Source of the DNA: the human T2T-CHM13v2.0 reference genome, Homo sapiens
Reading direction: 5' to 3'
Assembly: GCA_009914755.4 (NCBI GenBank)
Contig: CP068257.2
Span: 21,728,001 to 21,792,000, forward strand
DNA: 64,000 bases
Position 1 is the first letter of the stretch; the number at the start of each line of letters is the position of its first letter. The notes below the pieces were generated by a model. That model was not told the origin of the DNA. It searched no databases and saw only the letters and a program-made list of their open reading frames with translations. Shown one piece after another: positions 27,823 to 42,665 of this stretch. Position numbers and translations under genes: made by a program.

Positions 27823-29767
27823 ATGTTATACCTAACTCAGAGCAAAATTACCCCCCTGGTTCCCTTTCTGACTTCATTTCCCATCACTGCCACCCCCTGC
27901 TCTCTCCACACCTCCCATGCTGGCCTCATCCTTATGGTTTTTCCACAATAAGGGTAATTAGTTTTAGGTGCTTCCACCTCCTCATCTGTCTGGCTCCAAC
28001 ATTCTCCCCTTAGATCCTGTACCATATGCTCTCTTTTTTCCTTATGGCCACTGTTCAAATGTCACCACAGCAGATAATCTTTCCTTGATTACTCCGCTTA
28101 AAGTACATTCTCACCCCAGCAGCTCTGTTTCCTGCTTTAAAGCACCCATCCAAGATGACATATATATTTAACAATTGCAACCTACAGCTGGAATACAAGT
28201 TCCAAGAGGAAATAATTTTGTTTTGTTCACCAATTTACCTTCAACACCAATTTGTAAATTTGTGGTCCTAGTAAACATTTAAGAGTTCAGTTAGACTAAT
28301 CCAGCTGTAAAATAGTTTCAGTGGTGATATGTAATTTTTTACTATGCACTTCTATTATCTACAGTGATAGCAAAATGCTATTTTGACAATGCAACATTAA
28401 AATTTTGCAAGCCTGTTCAGAACATATCAATTGCATAAACATGAGAATTAATTTTATTACATTTAATATTTTACATTTAATATTTTATAGTTTTAGTTGC
28501 AACACTGTTTTAGTGTCTTTTTTGCTCTACAATTTATTAATAAATAATTTAAAGTAGGATTTTCATAATATATTTTTAAACACATATTTTGTTTTACTAT
28601 TTAAGAGAAAAGTTAAAAAAAGGACAAAACAAAACAAGCATGGCATATATTTACTATTCGTTTTCTTTCAACTCCCTAACACATTTGCATTGTATTAAAT
28701 GAAATACATGATTTCTATAAAGCCATCTGATATTATTATAGGAGGGAGCTAGATGATAAGAGACAAGTACTTAATGTTTTACAATCTTACAAAATATTCA
28801 TTTAATGACCGTTATGTATAACACTGTCAACCTGGATATTTAGACCATTCACCCCACATACCCTGTTTATCTCTGCTAAGCATCACATCCCCTAAACTGA
28901 GCTAGTTAAGTGCTACATAATAAGTACATCTTTGCAAAAGCTGTTAAAAGGAGCATAAAACCAAAATCAAACCCCAAACTTAGTGGGAGACACAAGTACT
29001 GGAAAAGCAGAAAACATGGGTTTTATTATTTAATACACAGAGACCTATCAGCACTACATCAGAACTTTGAATTTCAAGAGGAGAGAAATCGTCTTCTTTT
29101 GTGTAATTTGTTTCTGCATGTATTAGTTTGTTCTCATGCTCTTAATAAAGACATATCCTGAAACTGAGTAATTTACAAAGGAAAAAGGTTTAATTGACTA
29201 ACAGTTCCACAAAGCTGGGGAGGCCTTACAATTAAGACAGAAAGCGATTGAGGAGCAAAGTCACGTCTTACATGGTGGCAGGCAAGAGAGCTTGTGGAGG
29301 GGAACTCTCCTTTATGAAACCATCAGATTTCGTAAGGCTTATTCACTATCAGGAGAACAGCACAGGAAAGACCCATCACCATGATTCAGTTACCTCCCGT
29401 GTGGTCCCTCCATGACACGTGGGAATTACAGGAGCTACAATTCAAGATGAGATTTGGGTTGGGGACACAGCCAAACCATATCACTGCAGAGAGCCAATTT
29501 CTATTTTTTCCATGTATTCTATTTTTCTCATATGGTTGGGTTTGGAATAGTAATAAAAACAATATATATATCTAGATCATAAAACATGCTCTATGTAAAA
29601 TTATTTACAGACTCATAAGACATGCAAAACTTTTAACTCACATACAAAAGACACAAATATGGTGATTCAGTGACCACTATAAATATATTTATGTAAGCAT
29701 GGTTATGATAGATACGTAGACAAAATAATAAAAGGTAAATTGGAGTATACAAATCATTAACAGATGC

Positions 29768-30096
<329 letters not shown>

Positions 30097-30374
30097 TTAA
30101 TAAAATGTACTTCTTATTTACAAGGTTTTAGATTCATTGCCCGATAGTTTAGTATTTGTTAATCTGGTAAAATACATAATTGGGTATGGGTGAAGCAGCT
30201 ATAAAAGAGACTCCCCAAACACAATATTTTAATCTAGTTTTATCTCTCACTTAACAATATGGCTGATCTGGTGGGCTTGATGGTGTCAGAAACGAAGTCT
30301 CCATCCATTTTTGAGTTTTGCCATTCCCACATTCCCACATGCTATTGCTTGGTGACATCCAGCCATGAGGTTAA

Positions 30375-30405
30375 AATTAAAAAAAAAAAAAAAAAAAAAA
30401 AGAAA
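30375..30405. repeat. Poly-A / A-rich run
   Basis: The run is aaaaaaaaaaaaaaaaaaaaaaaagaaagagag, with no SINE body upstream. Confidence 0.8.
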
Positions 30406-30574
30406 GAGAGGGAAAACTCATATTCTTTGAAGTAAATTATTCTGCAAATATTCTGCTTATATTTCATTGGCCCAAACTTAGTCGCATCATGCCACCTTGA
30501 GGTCATCTGAAGTACTAGGCTGAGAAGAAAATAATTTGCATGACTTAATATTTGCTATTGGTTAGCTCCCACAC

Positions 30575-30760
30575 CTGACCCAGAAATCTTCATACAAGGT
30601 GTTGCGGAAAGGATTAGAGAGCCAGCTTTGTCTCCAAGTCCTCTATAGAGCAGGGTCATTTTTACAACTAGTATTAGTTCATCTATGGTAGAACTTTGAT
30701 TACAGAAGCAATAAACACAATCACACAATATTTTTTCTCGTGTTGTTGCTTTTTCCATCC
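30575..30760 (+). repeat. Copy B of the ~185-bp duplicated segment (see 27637-27822)
   Basis: It matches copy A at about 95% identity. An Alu follows about 55 bp downstream. Confidence 0.85.
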
Positions 30761-30813
30761 AGTTCTAGTAAATTTTCAAGCTCAATTTGCACATGCTTTG
30801 TCTTTCAAAATAT

Positions 30814-31243
<430 letters not shown>

Positions 31244-33500
31244 TTAACAAGGATCTGAGTAATATCTAAGTCCTTTTTCCTACCTAATCTTTAATCTACT
31301 AGTGGGGATGTCATTTAGATTTTGGATTGTTTATTGTTTTTTGGTTTTGTTTTTGTAGTATGTTAACACATGTTTGTACCAATATTTCTCTTGGATATAA
31401 TAATTAATAGGTGACTTCAGCAAGGAACTCCAAAATCAGAGTTCATGTTTTCCTTCTGTAATAATCTAAATAGTTTTTTTTAAAGGCAAACATCAAAATG
31501 TTGAGGTGTTGAAGACCCAGGTTCCCCCCATGTCTAGCTGTACTATCCCTAGGATGGATTACCTGTTTAGATGAGGATACCTAGCCACTAAGCCAACATT
31601 CCAGCTTTTAATAAAGGAGAAAAAGAGAAGGATGACACATCTTTCTTACTAAGGGCCAGCCTACGGTGACATACATCTCCTCTCCTCAATCGTTGCCTAG
31701 ATGCTAGCAGTATATCCACCCTAACTGTAATAAACATTGGACAGCTGTGAACAGCTATGAAACATGAGAAAAATCATATTGTTATGAAATAAAGGAGTAA
31801 AGGTATTAAAGGTACAACAAAAAGCTAAGGAATGTACAGAGTTTTAATAAGTCAAAATTTAAATAAGAGACTAGCTTGAATCAAAATGAATTTTAAATCC
31901 AATAGGCTATATTGTTAGTCTTCACCATGGGAACAAGGACACCACTAACAAACTACAGATCACTTTAATTTTCTTGAAAACCATTTGCAAATTAAATTCA
32001 GAGGAAAATGGTTACTTAAATATATAATTGACTTGTATTTTAGGGAATCAGATTTGGCATTTGACTATATATGTGCACAAACATAAAGTATGGCACACAA
32101 CAAAAGAGTATGATAAAAATCGGAACTGAAGCAAATGAACTGCTGTATCTATAATTGAGTTTGCCTAAGAAATCTTCCACTCACTCTTCTTCTATAGCAA
32201 GGCCCTTTTTAATATCCTGCAACAGCTGATTGCCTGATTAATGTCCCATAAAATGCATAACTTGCTATTATGAATGACCTGGATTTTGGCAGGAAAAAGG
32301 ATAGACAATATTATAAGTGAAACACGAGCTATAAATTATCTTTTGCTAGCATTGAATGCAATTTTAGACTTGCAAACATTCATAACCAAAACCTTTCCTT
32401 TTGAGTGTTTCAAAAGGATTTTTTCATAGTTTAAGCATGGATCAGAATGTGCTGTTTATAATGGACTCTGAAAGATTACATTTGCTTGATAAAACAGTGA
32501 CACAATAGAGAGTGTTTCACTTTTCACTTACTGAAACAAGTGTTTGACACATGGTAAACATTCTATACGCATTAGCTATTGTATCTTACAATATCTGTTA
32601 AACAGAATCAGGTTATTTTCTAAAAGGATAGAATTAGATCATACTTTCTACTTGACATGAATTACTTATAAAATAATTTTAATGTCTATCTTGCCACGGT
32701 TGTAAAAGTTTTATTTATTTAAGCAAATTAAGCAAAAAAAGCTTACCTTCTGCTATGTAGCTTTCAGTGTAATTAATATAGTCATTGACTCACAATAGTG
32801 AATTTAGAATTTTCAAAAAAGACATTTCGTTTAGTGAGAAGTGATGCGGCTTCTCTGGAACCTGACTACCTCAGTTAGAATTCTGGCTCATCCTCTCACT
32901 AATGGTGTGAACTTGGTCATGTTAATACGTATTTCTGTGTCTTCTTTCCTTGTTGGGAAAATGGGAATATAATTAGTAAATACCTCCTTGTGATAGTGCA
33001 TATAATGTATTTAGAAGAGAGTTTTGTACAGAATAAGAGTTCAATTAAGTGAAGCCAACTATTATCGTTACTTATTGTTGTTTCCGTTACTATTATTTCC
33101 TTAAAGATTTATCAAAACAATAAACAAAAGGAAAACATGAAAACATGCCTCTTTAAGTCTAGTAATAACTTTATGCAATTTATTTTTACTTCCGAGAAAA
33201 TAAAATATTCCCCCTAAATGTACTTCTTATTAGTCAAAGTCTATCTGTTTAAAATCAAAGTCTTGGCAAACTTGATGTGACAGTTGCCTAACTTGTCAAA
33301 ACTATTTACTTTTCTTTTTCCTTTTTTTTTTTTTTTATTGAGCGTATAAATGTGACAGAGGGAGCAGGCATGAGAAAGTAGATCATGTATCATTTCCTAA
33401 AAAGGAGAGTAATCATAAAATAACAACATTCCCTCCAAAAAGGAAAAGGGCTATTGTTGTCATGACAGACCAATGGAGATTATATGAAAAACCATTTCTT

Positions 33501-33785
33501 GGCCAGGTGCGGTGCCTCACGCCTGTAATCCTAGCACTTTGGGAGGCCAAGGCGGGCAGATTGCCTGAGCTCAGAAGTTCGAGACCAGCCTGGGCAACAC
33601 AGTGAAACCCTGTCTCTACCAAAATACAAAAAATTAGCCAGGCGTGGTGGCACATGCCTGTAGTCCCAGCTACTTGAGAGGCTGAGGCAGAGAATCGCTT
33701 GAACCTAGGAGGCAGAGGCTGCAGTGAGCTGAGATCATGTCACTGCACTCCAGCCTGGGTGACAGAGAGAGACTCCGTCTCCAAC
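33501..33785 (+). mobile_element. Alu SINE with a (CAAA)n-expanded tail (tail 33786-33856)
   Basis: The body runs ggccaggtgcggtgcctcacgcctgtaatcctagcactttgggaggccaaggcgggcagattgcctgagctcagaagttcgagaccagcctgggcaac...gtcactgcactccagcctgggtgacagagagagactccgtctcc. It is followed by aacaaacaaacaaacaaacaaacaaaacaaacaaacaaaaaaccaaagccaaaacaaacaaacaaacaaaaaac. Confidence 0.9.
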
Positions 33786-34009
33786 AAACAAACAAACAAA
33801 CAAACAAAACAAACAAACAAAAAACCAAAGCCAAAACAAACAAACAAACAAAAAACATTTCTCCATTCAATATGTAAACATATCACCCTGAATCTCCTTT
33901 CTCACTTGTGAAAACTGACATTCGGGTCTCTGTGATGTTTTCACAAAGTATGTGACAGTGGTAGACACAGTTGTACTGCCAAATTGGCCAAAGAGTTTTG
34001 TTTTGTCTT

Positions 34010-34289
34010 TTGACAAATTCTTGCTCTGTCACCCAGGCTGAAGTGCAGTGTGCAGTCTCAGCTTCCACAACTTCTGCCTCCTGAGTTCAAGCAATTCTCG
34101 TGTCTCAGCCTCCCAAGTAGATGGGATTACAGGTGTATGCCCCCATGCCTGGCTAATTTTCCCGTATTTTTAGTAGAGACAGGGGTTTCACCATGTTGGC
34201 CAGGCTGGTCTCAAACTCCTGGCCAAATGATTCAGCCGCCAGAGCCTCCCAAAGTGTGGGAATTACATGTATGAGCCACTGTGGCTGGC
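34010..34289 (-). mobile_element. Alu SINE (reverse orientation)
   Basis: The sequence runs ttttgtcttttgacaaattcttgctctgtcacccaggctgaagtgcagtgtgcagtctcagcttccacaacttctgcctcctgagttcaagcaattctc...cccaaagtgtgggaattacatgtatgagccactgtggctggc. Confidence 0.9.
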
Positions 34290-35708
34290 TCCAAAGAGAG
34301 TTTTTAACAACAGTAGTAAAATATCTGTTGACATTTTTAAGAAGTGAGGCAATATTTTTTTTCTATTATTCCCCTTAAGTATTAAGAGTACATTAAAAAA
34401 TCTTTTTGCTGCATTACTATACTTAGCCAGATAATTATTTAATAATAATAGCCATAGTTTCTTGAAGAAAAAAATTCTATTCTCTTCACTTAGCTGCATC
34501 TTTATATTTTAACAACAAATAACAAGTGTATAAAGCTTACCAACTTCTCTATATGAAATAACGAAAAACATATTTTTCTCCTAGTTAATCTACTTAATAC
34601 ATGATTATATATTGCAATATGGAGAAAATAAAAATCTAATATTTATAACAATCACATCACATAAAGTCAACTTTAATCCATGAGTTGTCAACATCATGAC
34701 CAAAATTATGTTAATATATTATTGTAGAATATTGCAACTCAATAAGAAATTATAAGTGCATTGATTTTCCTTCTTACGAGGGAAAGATTAGGGCACTATC
34801 AATCAACAGTTCTTAGTTTTTGTATTATTTTCACCCTTACAATTTAAGACAACATTTTTCTGAGCTAAATGGAGTCAAAATAATACTAAACTCATTTATA
34901 TAAACCTTTCATATTAGAGTTTCTTGTGGGAAAATACATGTTAACTTTAGCATTCAGGCATAAAAAAATAGAAAATAAAAAAGACACTCAAAATATATAT
35001 TTACTTATCCCATTTAAACAGGTTACTACAAATATTTTCCTTTATTACTGAAAATGTAAAAATGTTAATTTTCACAATTAAATTATATGTCTCCTTATAT
35101 TATTATAGATTTTTTCCTATCACATAAAGTGAACTTCAGTTTATTGTATATTTGTTGATTGATAAAGCCCTCAGGAAATATGCTTTATAAGGCATTCTGT
35201 ATTAAAACTCAAGTCTTCATAAAAACAGAGAGAGATTATATTTCTATGGTCAACTTGACTGTGATCCGTAAATCTACAGAAGAATGTAAGAAGGAAATTA
35301 CTCTTGTGTTCTTTTGAATTTGCTTTAATTTACCACATTTTCTAATTAGAACAATGTAGCTCAATATTTTGTTTATTGTCATATCTGCCAGAAATCTCAG
35401 ACCAAAATAATGCTCAAATTGAACAAATCATCATTTTTAAAATATTGCTCTTTTTGGTTTTTGTTATTTTTGTTGTTGTCTTGCTTCTATTTTATAGGGG
35501 TATTTCTGTTTCAAATGTGTGTGCCATCAGAAGCCCATTTTGGAAGAATGAATGTATTCAGAGTAATATATACACATGTATAAATACATTCAGGCACACA
35601 TATATACGTATGCATACATATTTGTGTATGTATGTATACATATATATTAAGAGATTAGATAGATGATTAGATACATATATTAATATTGATGTTACAGATT
35701 AGACATAA

Positions 35709-36053
<345 letters not shown>

Positions 36054-36499
36054 TATATGTATTTTAAATGGCTTGTGGATTTGTCATAACTGCTCAACTT
36101 TGCCACTGTAATAGGTAAGCAATCATGGATAATGTGTAAACAAAAGAGCATGGCGGTGTTTCAGTAAAGCTTTATTTATGAAAACAGGCAGCAAGCCAGA
36201 TTTGGCCTAGAGGATGTTGTTTGCAGACCCGGATATAAATGATAGATTGAGTTACATAATGGATAGGGATATATAACAGATCCTATGTACTCATAAAATA
36301 CTATCCTTATTAATATACATTCATCTTCTATTCTGATCTTTCTCATATTTTATGTTTGCCAAAACATAAAATAACTATATATTCAAATCCAGTGAACGGT
36401 GGTATGAATTCTCATTACTTATAGGGGCTACATTAATCTCTTCATGAAACTAAAACATATCCTGTGTAATTGAATAATATTCATATTTATTTATTTTAT

Positions 36500-38235
36500 T
36501 CATTTTTTTATTCTAAAGCCTTTACTTTGAGACATGAAGAAAAAATTGTACAGGTACACATGGAAAAGACATGATCACTGCTGAGTGAAAACGATCTAAC
36601 CAAAAAGTCTGAATGCCTGTCAGCTGATGTTGAAGCTGAAATTCTGGGGGTATAACATGCTGGAGGGCTGAAGGCAATGGATAATTAGAATTCCTCTCCT
36701 TCCTTCTCACCCTCTTCTTCAACAGAATCCACACTAACCACTTCATAATCCTTCTTAAGGACAACCATGTCCTGGTGGGCCTCGGAAAACTCTCCTTCCT
36801 CCACCCGTTCACCCACGGAATACTGAACAAAGGAACTTGGCATACATCAGGTAAAACTTGCGGTCCAGGTGAGCCCACACCTCAGCAATGGCTGTGATGT
36901 TGCTCAGTATGCACACAGCTCTCTGTCCTTTGGCTGGGTCTCCAACAGGTACCACAGTGGGAAGTTGGTAACTAATGCCAACCTTGAAGCTAGAGGGACA
37001 GCAATCCACAAACTGGATGCTGCATTTGTTTTTGATGGTGTCAGTGGCAGCACTGAAGTCTTTGGGAACCACGTCACCAGGGTACAATAGGCTGCAAGTT
37101 ATGTATTTACCATGGTGTGGATCACATCTTACCATCTGGTTGGCTGGCTCAAAATAAGCATTGGTGATCTCTACTACAGAAAACCGTTCATGGTAGGCTT
37201 TTTCAGCAGAGATGACAGGGGCACACATGGCCAGAGGGAAGTGGATGTGGGTATATGGCACTAGATTGGTCTGGAATTCTGTCAGATCAATATTCAGGGC
37301 TCCATCAAATCTGAGGGAAGCAGTGATAGAGGACACAATATGGCCAATGAGATGGTTAAGGTTAGTGTAGTTTGGACACTCAATATTGAGCTTTCCAAAA
37401 GTCATCCAAATCACTTTTGGAAAACTGATTAAATGATAGAAAGGGTCAAGGTGATTTTTCAACCTTTCCTATATGAACTATATCATTGGATAACCAAATG
37501 GTAGATGTCATAGATGGCCTCACTGTCTACTATGAAGGCACAATCTGAGTGCTCCAGGGTGGTGTGGGTGGTGAGAATGGAGTCGTAGAGCTCAACTACT
37601 GCTGTGGAAACTTGGAGGATGGGGGGTTGCTGAGTAAATGGAGAACTGCAGCTTGGACTTCTTGTTATAATCAACAGAAAGACATACCATCAGCAGGGAG
37701 TTGAACCCAGAACCAGTCTGTTCACCAAAACTGTGGAAAACTAAGAAGCCCTAAAGACCTGTGCACTGATCAGCCAGCTTGTGAACTCAGTCCAAGATGA
37801 GGTCAACGATCTCCTTGTCAATGATGTAGTGGCCTCATGCATAGCCATTGGCAGCATCTTCCTTGGCTGGGATGAGCTTCTCAGGGTGGAAGAGGTGGCT
37901 AGTAGGTGTCAGGGTAAACTGTGTTAATAACTGTGGGTTCCAGATCTACAAACATGGTCCTGGGCACATGCTTTTCAGTGCCTGTCTCACTGAAGAAGGT
38001 GTTAAAGGAGTCATCTCCCCCTCAAATTGTCTTGTCTTGTCACTTGGCATCTGGCCATGGTGCTGGATGCCATGTTCCAGGCAGTAGAGTTACCAGCTGG
38101 AGCTGCCAGTCTGGACACCAGGCTGGCCAATGTGGATGGAGATGCACTCACACATAGTGGCTAAGAGTTAGGAGGCTAAAGCGACAGGAGCAGATAACGG
38201 GTCCAATGACCGATCCCAACAAGCTAAGAGTCAAG
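36500..38235 (-). pseudogene. Alpha-tubulin (TUBA1-type) processed pseudogene, intronless, with frameshifts, stops and a ~108-bp internal insertion
   Basis: The provided minus-strand ORF 36809-37462 translates to ...[182 protein letters not shown]. The reverse complement of 38100-38155 reads atgtgtgagtgcatctccatccacattggccagcctggtgtccag, which encodes M.ECISIH.GQ.GVQ. The C-terminus is ...[21 protein letters not shown] followed by a stop. The 3' UTR, ...gtgatcatgtcttttccatgtgtacctgtacaatttttcttcatgtctcaaagtaaag, resembles the TUBA1B 3' UTR as I remember it. A poly-A tail appears as ttttttt at ~36504 on the plus strand. Confidence 0.9.
37398..37507. repeat. A ~108-bp segment that interrupts the tubulin pseudogene and has a ~91% identical second copy at 40649-40755
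   Basis: Both copies carry atccaaatcacttttggaaaactgattaaatga[t/c]agaaagg[g/a]tc[a/g]ag[g/a]tgatttttc[a/c]acctttcct[a/g]tatgaact[a/g]tatcattggataa[c/t]caaat[g/a]gtagatg. In the pseudogene it replaces the codons for CRRN, between ..AIYDI and LNIE... Confidence 0.85.
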
Positions 38236-40648
38236 GTAAGTAATGCACTCAGTAATATTTATATTTAAACATCCCCTTTAGAATTTGCACATAAAAATGA
38301 TCAAGGTAAAACTAATGTGAAGTTAAATAAGTCTAGCTATAAAAGATTATGATTAAGACAAAATGTTGAAGTCATGAAATGTATATGAAAAATACAACTG
38401 TAGTTGGAAGTAATATAACGTTCTGGTAGTTTTGAAGGGGATCACAAGGAAATCTGGTGTCAACTGTCATGAGGTTTGAACTATTGCTTATTGCTAGCCT
38501 TTCAGTTGCTCCAAGAAGGCATTGACATATCATTTTAACCTTTACATAATGGTGACAAAACTTGGGTATTAAGTTTTGAAATGTCATCTTAAACTAATTA
38601 ATTTATGGCTGTCAGTAGCAGTGGACACATAATGTAACATACTGTTTAAATGTAGTAAAAAGATGACAATGAATAGGTGTTTCTCTTTCATAAATACAAT
38701 GAAAATGTATAAACTTCCATACTATTTCAATGAATTTATTATTAACTTTATTTCCAAACATTACACTGTATGGTACATTATAGTTTGTTAATACCCATTT
38801 TTGTATCAGTTTTCTTTTTTTCATAAATGATTTTTTCCTTCAACTCTGTCTCTATATTTTTCGATAACCTTTTCTTTCTTATCATTGTCTTAATTTTAAA
38901 AGGTCAAACATTGGACTTATTTAATTTTTTATTATATCAAACATTTTTATTTCACTTTTAAAAGAAAAATATTTTGAGCTCTAACTTGGGAAACACTTTC
39001 AAAACTCCTGCATAGTTTCATGAAACTTGAAATTATTGTTTTTAAAAATAGTCACTATGAAATTATTTCTTTCTAATATAGCTAATTCTCAGCTTCTACG
39101 TGGAACCCTTGGGGCTACAATGGGGGACCACATTAACATAAATCCCAACCTCGCAGATTTCTATTAAAAATAATTTCAAGTGGTTCTCTATTTTATTCTA
39201 TTAATTTAGAAATGTTTTCTAAGCAAAATCTGTCACATACCTATTATTTTCAGTGACTGTAGTATAAAACTGGCTTGGAAGTCACATTAATGAAAACTTT
39301 ACGATTACCTCATCTGAGCTATTTATTTCCAAAAAAAAGTTTACAATACACATGACAAGTATTTCACAAACAGCATCACACACATGAACATTTTTAGTTT
39401 AAAAAAGATGAAAATAATATTAGCTAACATTTCTTGAGCTCCTACCATGTACTAGGCACTGTTCTAAAGTGTTAGTTAATTATATCATTACAGTTCAGGA
39501 TTATAACTAAATCTTTTTTTTTTTTTAATGAACCATTGGTAAACTTACCTACTTAAAGCTATCTGTTGAGAAATATTCAAGCCATATTTAAGTTCACTTG
39601 GCAATTAACTTGTAATCATAAATGAGTAAAATCTTTTAAAATAAGGAATATATTTTATTTTAAAACCACCTTAAAAATAGATGGGAAGACATTGAGGAGC
39701 AATTTTTGTTTGACCTTTAATGGATGAATAGCTGAAAGCCTAGAAAACAAAAATAAAATAAAGTCAGCAAGGCTGACAGGAAAGCATGAGAGAAAGCCAC
39801 ACTGATCTACGTGTCACACTTAGAATATTTGACCCTACAAACAATAGATAAATTGATTAATCAATTTACCCAAAATGTATACTTTGAGAAGATTAATACA
39901 ATTTATAATCTTCTAGTCAGACTGATCAGGAACAAGGAAAGAAGATACAAATCATCAATGTAGAAATAATATAAATTGGAGAACAGAGAAATGCAAAACA
40001 AAATAACAAAACTCTTGTTAGTAATCATAATTGAGATGATAGTATTAGTATTGTTATTCTGAGACAGTTGTATGTACAATGAGAAATCAAGCAAATGAGT
40101 AATTACAGGTTATTCTCATTCTATCATCTCTTGTATTTTGAGAGCCAGAATTATAAAGGCATATGAATTGCAACAAAGAGGTAATATAGAAGAAGTCTTG
40201 CAAAAATCTTATAATTTTGAATTGGAAATGAAGATGGAAATATCAGTATGGCCTCACAAGCCTTTATCTGTGTAACTTTGTCTTTATCTATTAATCCTAA
40301 ATCCCCTGAAAAGAACTAGAAAATATAATAAACTCAGATTGTAGTACTGTCCAATTTAAAAGATAATGTGTTTTGTGGAGAAATGGAAGTGTTCATGCCT
40401 ATAGAAGAAAATGTACAAGATTGAGTATAGACCATCTTGATAAAACAGACAGCAAGGAAGCTATCAATGACCGCTAGGATCATGCCTGAAGAATTCAAGA
40501 GCCAACCTGCTGATGTTTTGCTCATCATAGATGAGACAAATTGAACTTCAATAAGGATAAGAGGCACAATGAATTGAAACTCATCATAAATCCATGAGTT
40601 TATATAAATGTGAAAACTAATAATTGATCAACTGCTGAAAAAACAGTG

Positions 40649-40755
40649 ATCCAAATCACTTTTGGAAAACTGATTAAATGACAGAAAGGATCGAGATGAT
40701 TTTTCCACCTTTCCTGTATGAACTGTATCATTGGATAATCAAATAGTAGATGAAA
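40649..40755. repeat. Second copy of the ~108-bp segment (see 37398-37507)
   Basis: See 37398-37507. The context here is unrelated to tubulin. Confidence 0.85.
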
Positions 40756-42589
40756 GGTAGTATTCCTTTGCAAAATTATTACACCTGAAAAAATAAAATG
40801 ATAGAATTAAATTGCAACCACTTTTTAACACCAAATGGAAGATGAAATGAACAACTAGCAGGCAATAAATAGCTGGGAGAAAAATAAAAATAAAAGCCAG
40901 AAGGCAGATATACTGAGCCTCTTGTTAAAGGAAATCATCTAAAGACTTTAATCAAATCTTTTTCTGAAATATATTAAAGTGTACCATGAGTTTATAATCA
41001 GCCTGACTCAGATTCAGGAAAACTTTCCAAGGTAAACTTTACAGTTTTTTTTTTTTTAAAAAAAAAAGAAGTAAAAGGAAAAGAAAAGGATGGAGATTTA
41101 GACACAGCGAAAATGGGGAAAACTGTATTCTGGTGTCTCAGGATACACATTTGCTTGACAAAACATAAAGAAATTCAAGGACTTGATTATGTATCAGGAT
41201 AGTGGTTAACTATTGAGATAAAGAGCATTTAGTGGTCTGGGCCACAAAGGGAGTCTTTTGGAATGGGTGGGAAAGTTATATTTCTTACCCTATACAGGGA
41301 ACACAAGTAAGGGCAACTTACAATAATACACTAAGCCAAATAAAGAAAATTCAGAGGTAGTTGTTTAACTGAATTATCACAAAATTCAAAATCATCAATT
41401 TTAAGATAAAAGTTCTTTTATTGTATTCTTTCTTTTGTTAGATTTGTTAATAATGGCATAGGTTTCTTAAGACTAAATGTAAAATTATTGACAATTTGAT
41501 TTTTTCCATCCAAGAACTTCATCCTACTTCATTTATCATATTAGTTCATTTTCCAGAAACTGGGGCAGTAAATCATATTCCCTCAAGATATTCTACATAT
41601 AAGCACAGATCTTAAAGAATACATGGCTTTAGCAATTGAACAATCAAATGGATTTAGAAAAAAAAACAAAAAAACAAGGAAATAGTCAACTTAAATTTAG
41701 TGTCCTCTCTTCTACTAAGGTTTCAAAACCATAGGGGAAAATGAAGACAGCTTCAACATAAATTCTGTGCTAATGATATTCCATTTTTGGCAGAGTAATT
41801 TGTATTGTTAATTAAGTCCCTAATACATGACTTTTATATGCAATTACTAACTGGTTAGGAAACAATCAATGAGAGCATTACCTACCAATTAGTGTTCTTT
41901 CTCATTAAATATTTAATTGCTCAGTGGAACTAAACATCACATGTCCTTGTCCATGTAAGTTGAGGAAGATGAAAGATAAAGCAACATATCTGAGTAAAAT
42001 GTCATCTCTCACATCCAAATTGCTTCCCTTTTATTTTTCAAATGATCTCTTAAACATCTTTCATTAAATGGCTAGCCTGTGGTATTTTTCTATCAGTTTC
42101 ATCAGTATAATAGTTAGGGAATATTTCCCAGAGAATGGTTACAGAAATATGAAACTTCTCATTATGCAGTCACCAATTTTCATGTGAAAATTCTGATTCC
42201 AAAACTACGTTCTCTTACCTAAGGTAAATCTTGGTTCCCACAAATTACCAAAATCTTATTTCAATCACTTGCTGAAAACATTGAATGATACAAAAACAGC
42301 TACTCTTGCCCATTTGAAAGTGAAGAGTAGAATAAAAGTCATTTATATGAAGATTTAACAAAAGTTAAAAGGTGAGCAAACCTTTTCTTTAAGGAGGCAC
42401 TTAATATTTTTGTCTTTGCTAACTTCCCATTCTGTCACAACTATTCAACTCTGCCATTGTGCGAAAGTTGCCATAAACAATATGTTAACAAATTTGGAGG
42501 ACTCTTTTCAATAAAATTTTATGTACTTATAGAAAACAAATGGCTGGCTAGATTTAGTCTGAGGGCTTTAGATTATCTGCCTCTGGTAT

Positions 42590-42665
42590 AGAAGTAAAAC
42601 TCAACTCCTGTCTTTTAGGTATTAATTTATTCATTCATTTAACACGTATTTATTCTGTATTCATT
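42590..42665. mobile_element. Possible MIR-like SINE tail fragment
   Basis: The sequence ttaatttattcattcatttaacacgtatttattctg resembles the reverse complement of the MIR 3' end (..ttcattcattcaacaaatatttattgag..). The match is short and diverged. Confidence 0.25.

Noticed and set aside
36809-37462. The 217-aa ORF on the minus strand with strong alpha-tubulin homology, which could be a functional gene
   Set aside because: It is a fragment of an intronless retro-copy. The upstream and downstream tubulin homology continues only through frameshifts and stop codons (for example ...SSW*LYCLEHGIQ...GYA*GHY...). A 108-bp foreign insertion splits it. A poly-A tract follows the 3' UTR. It is a processed pseudogene.
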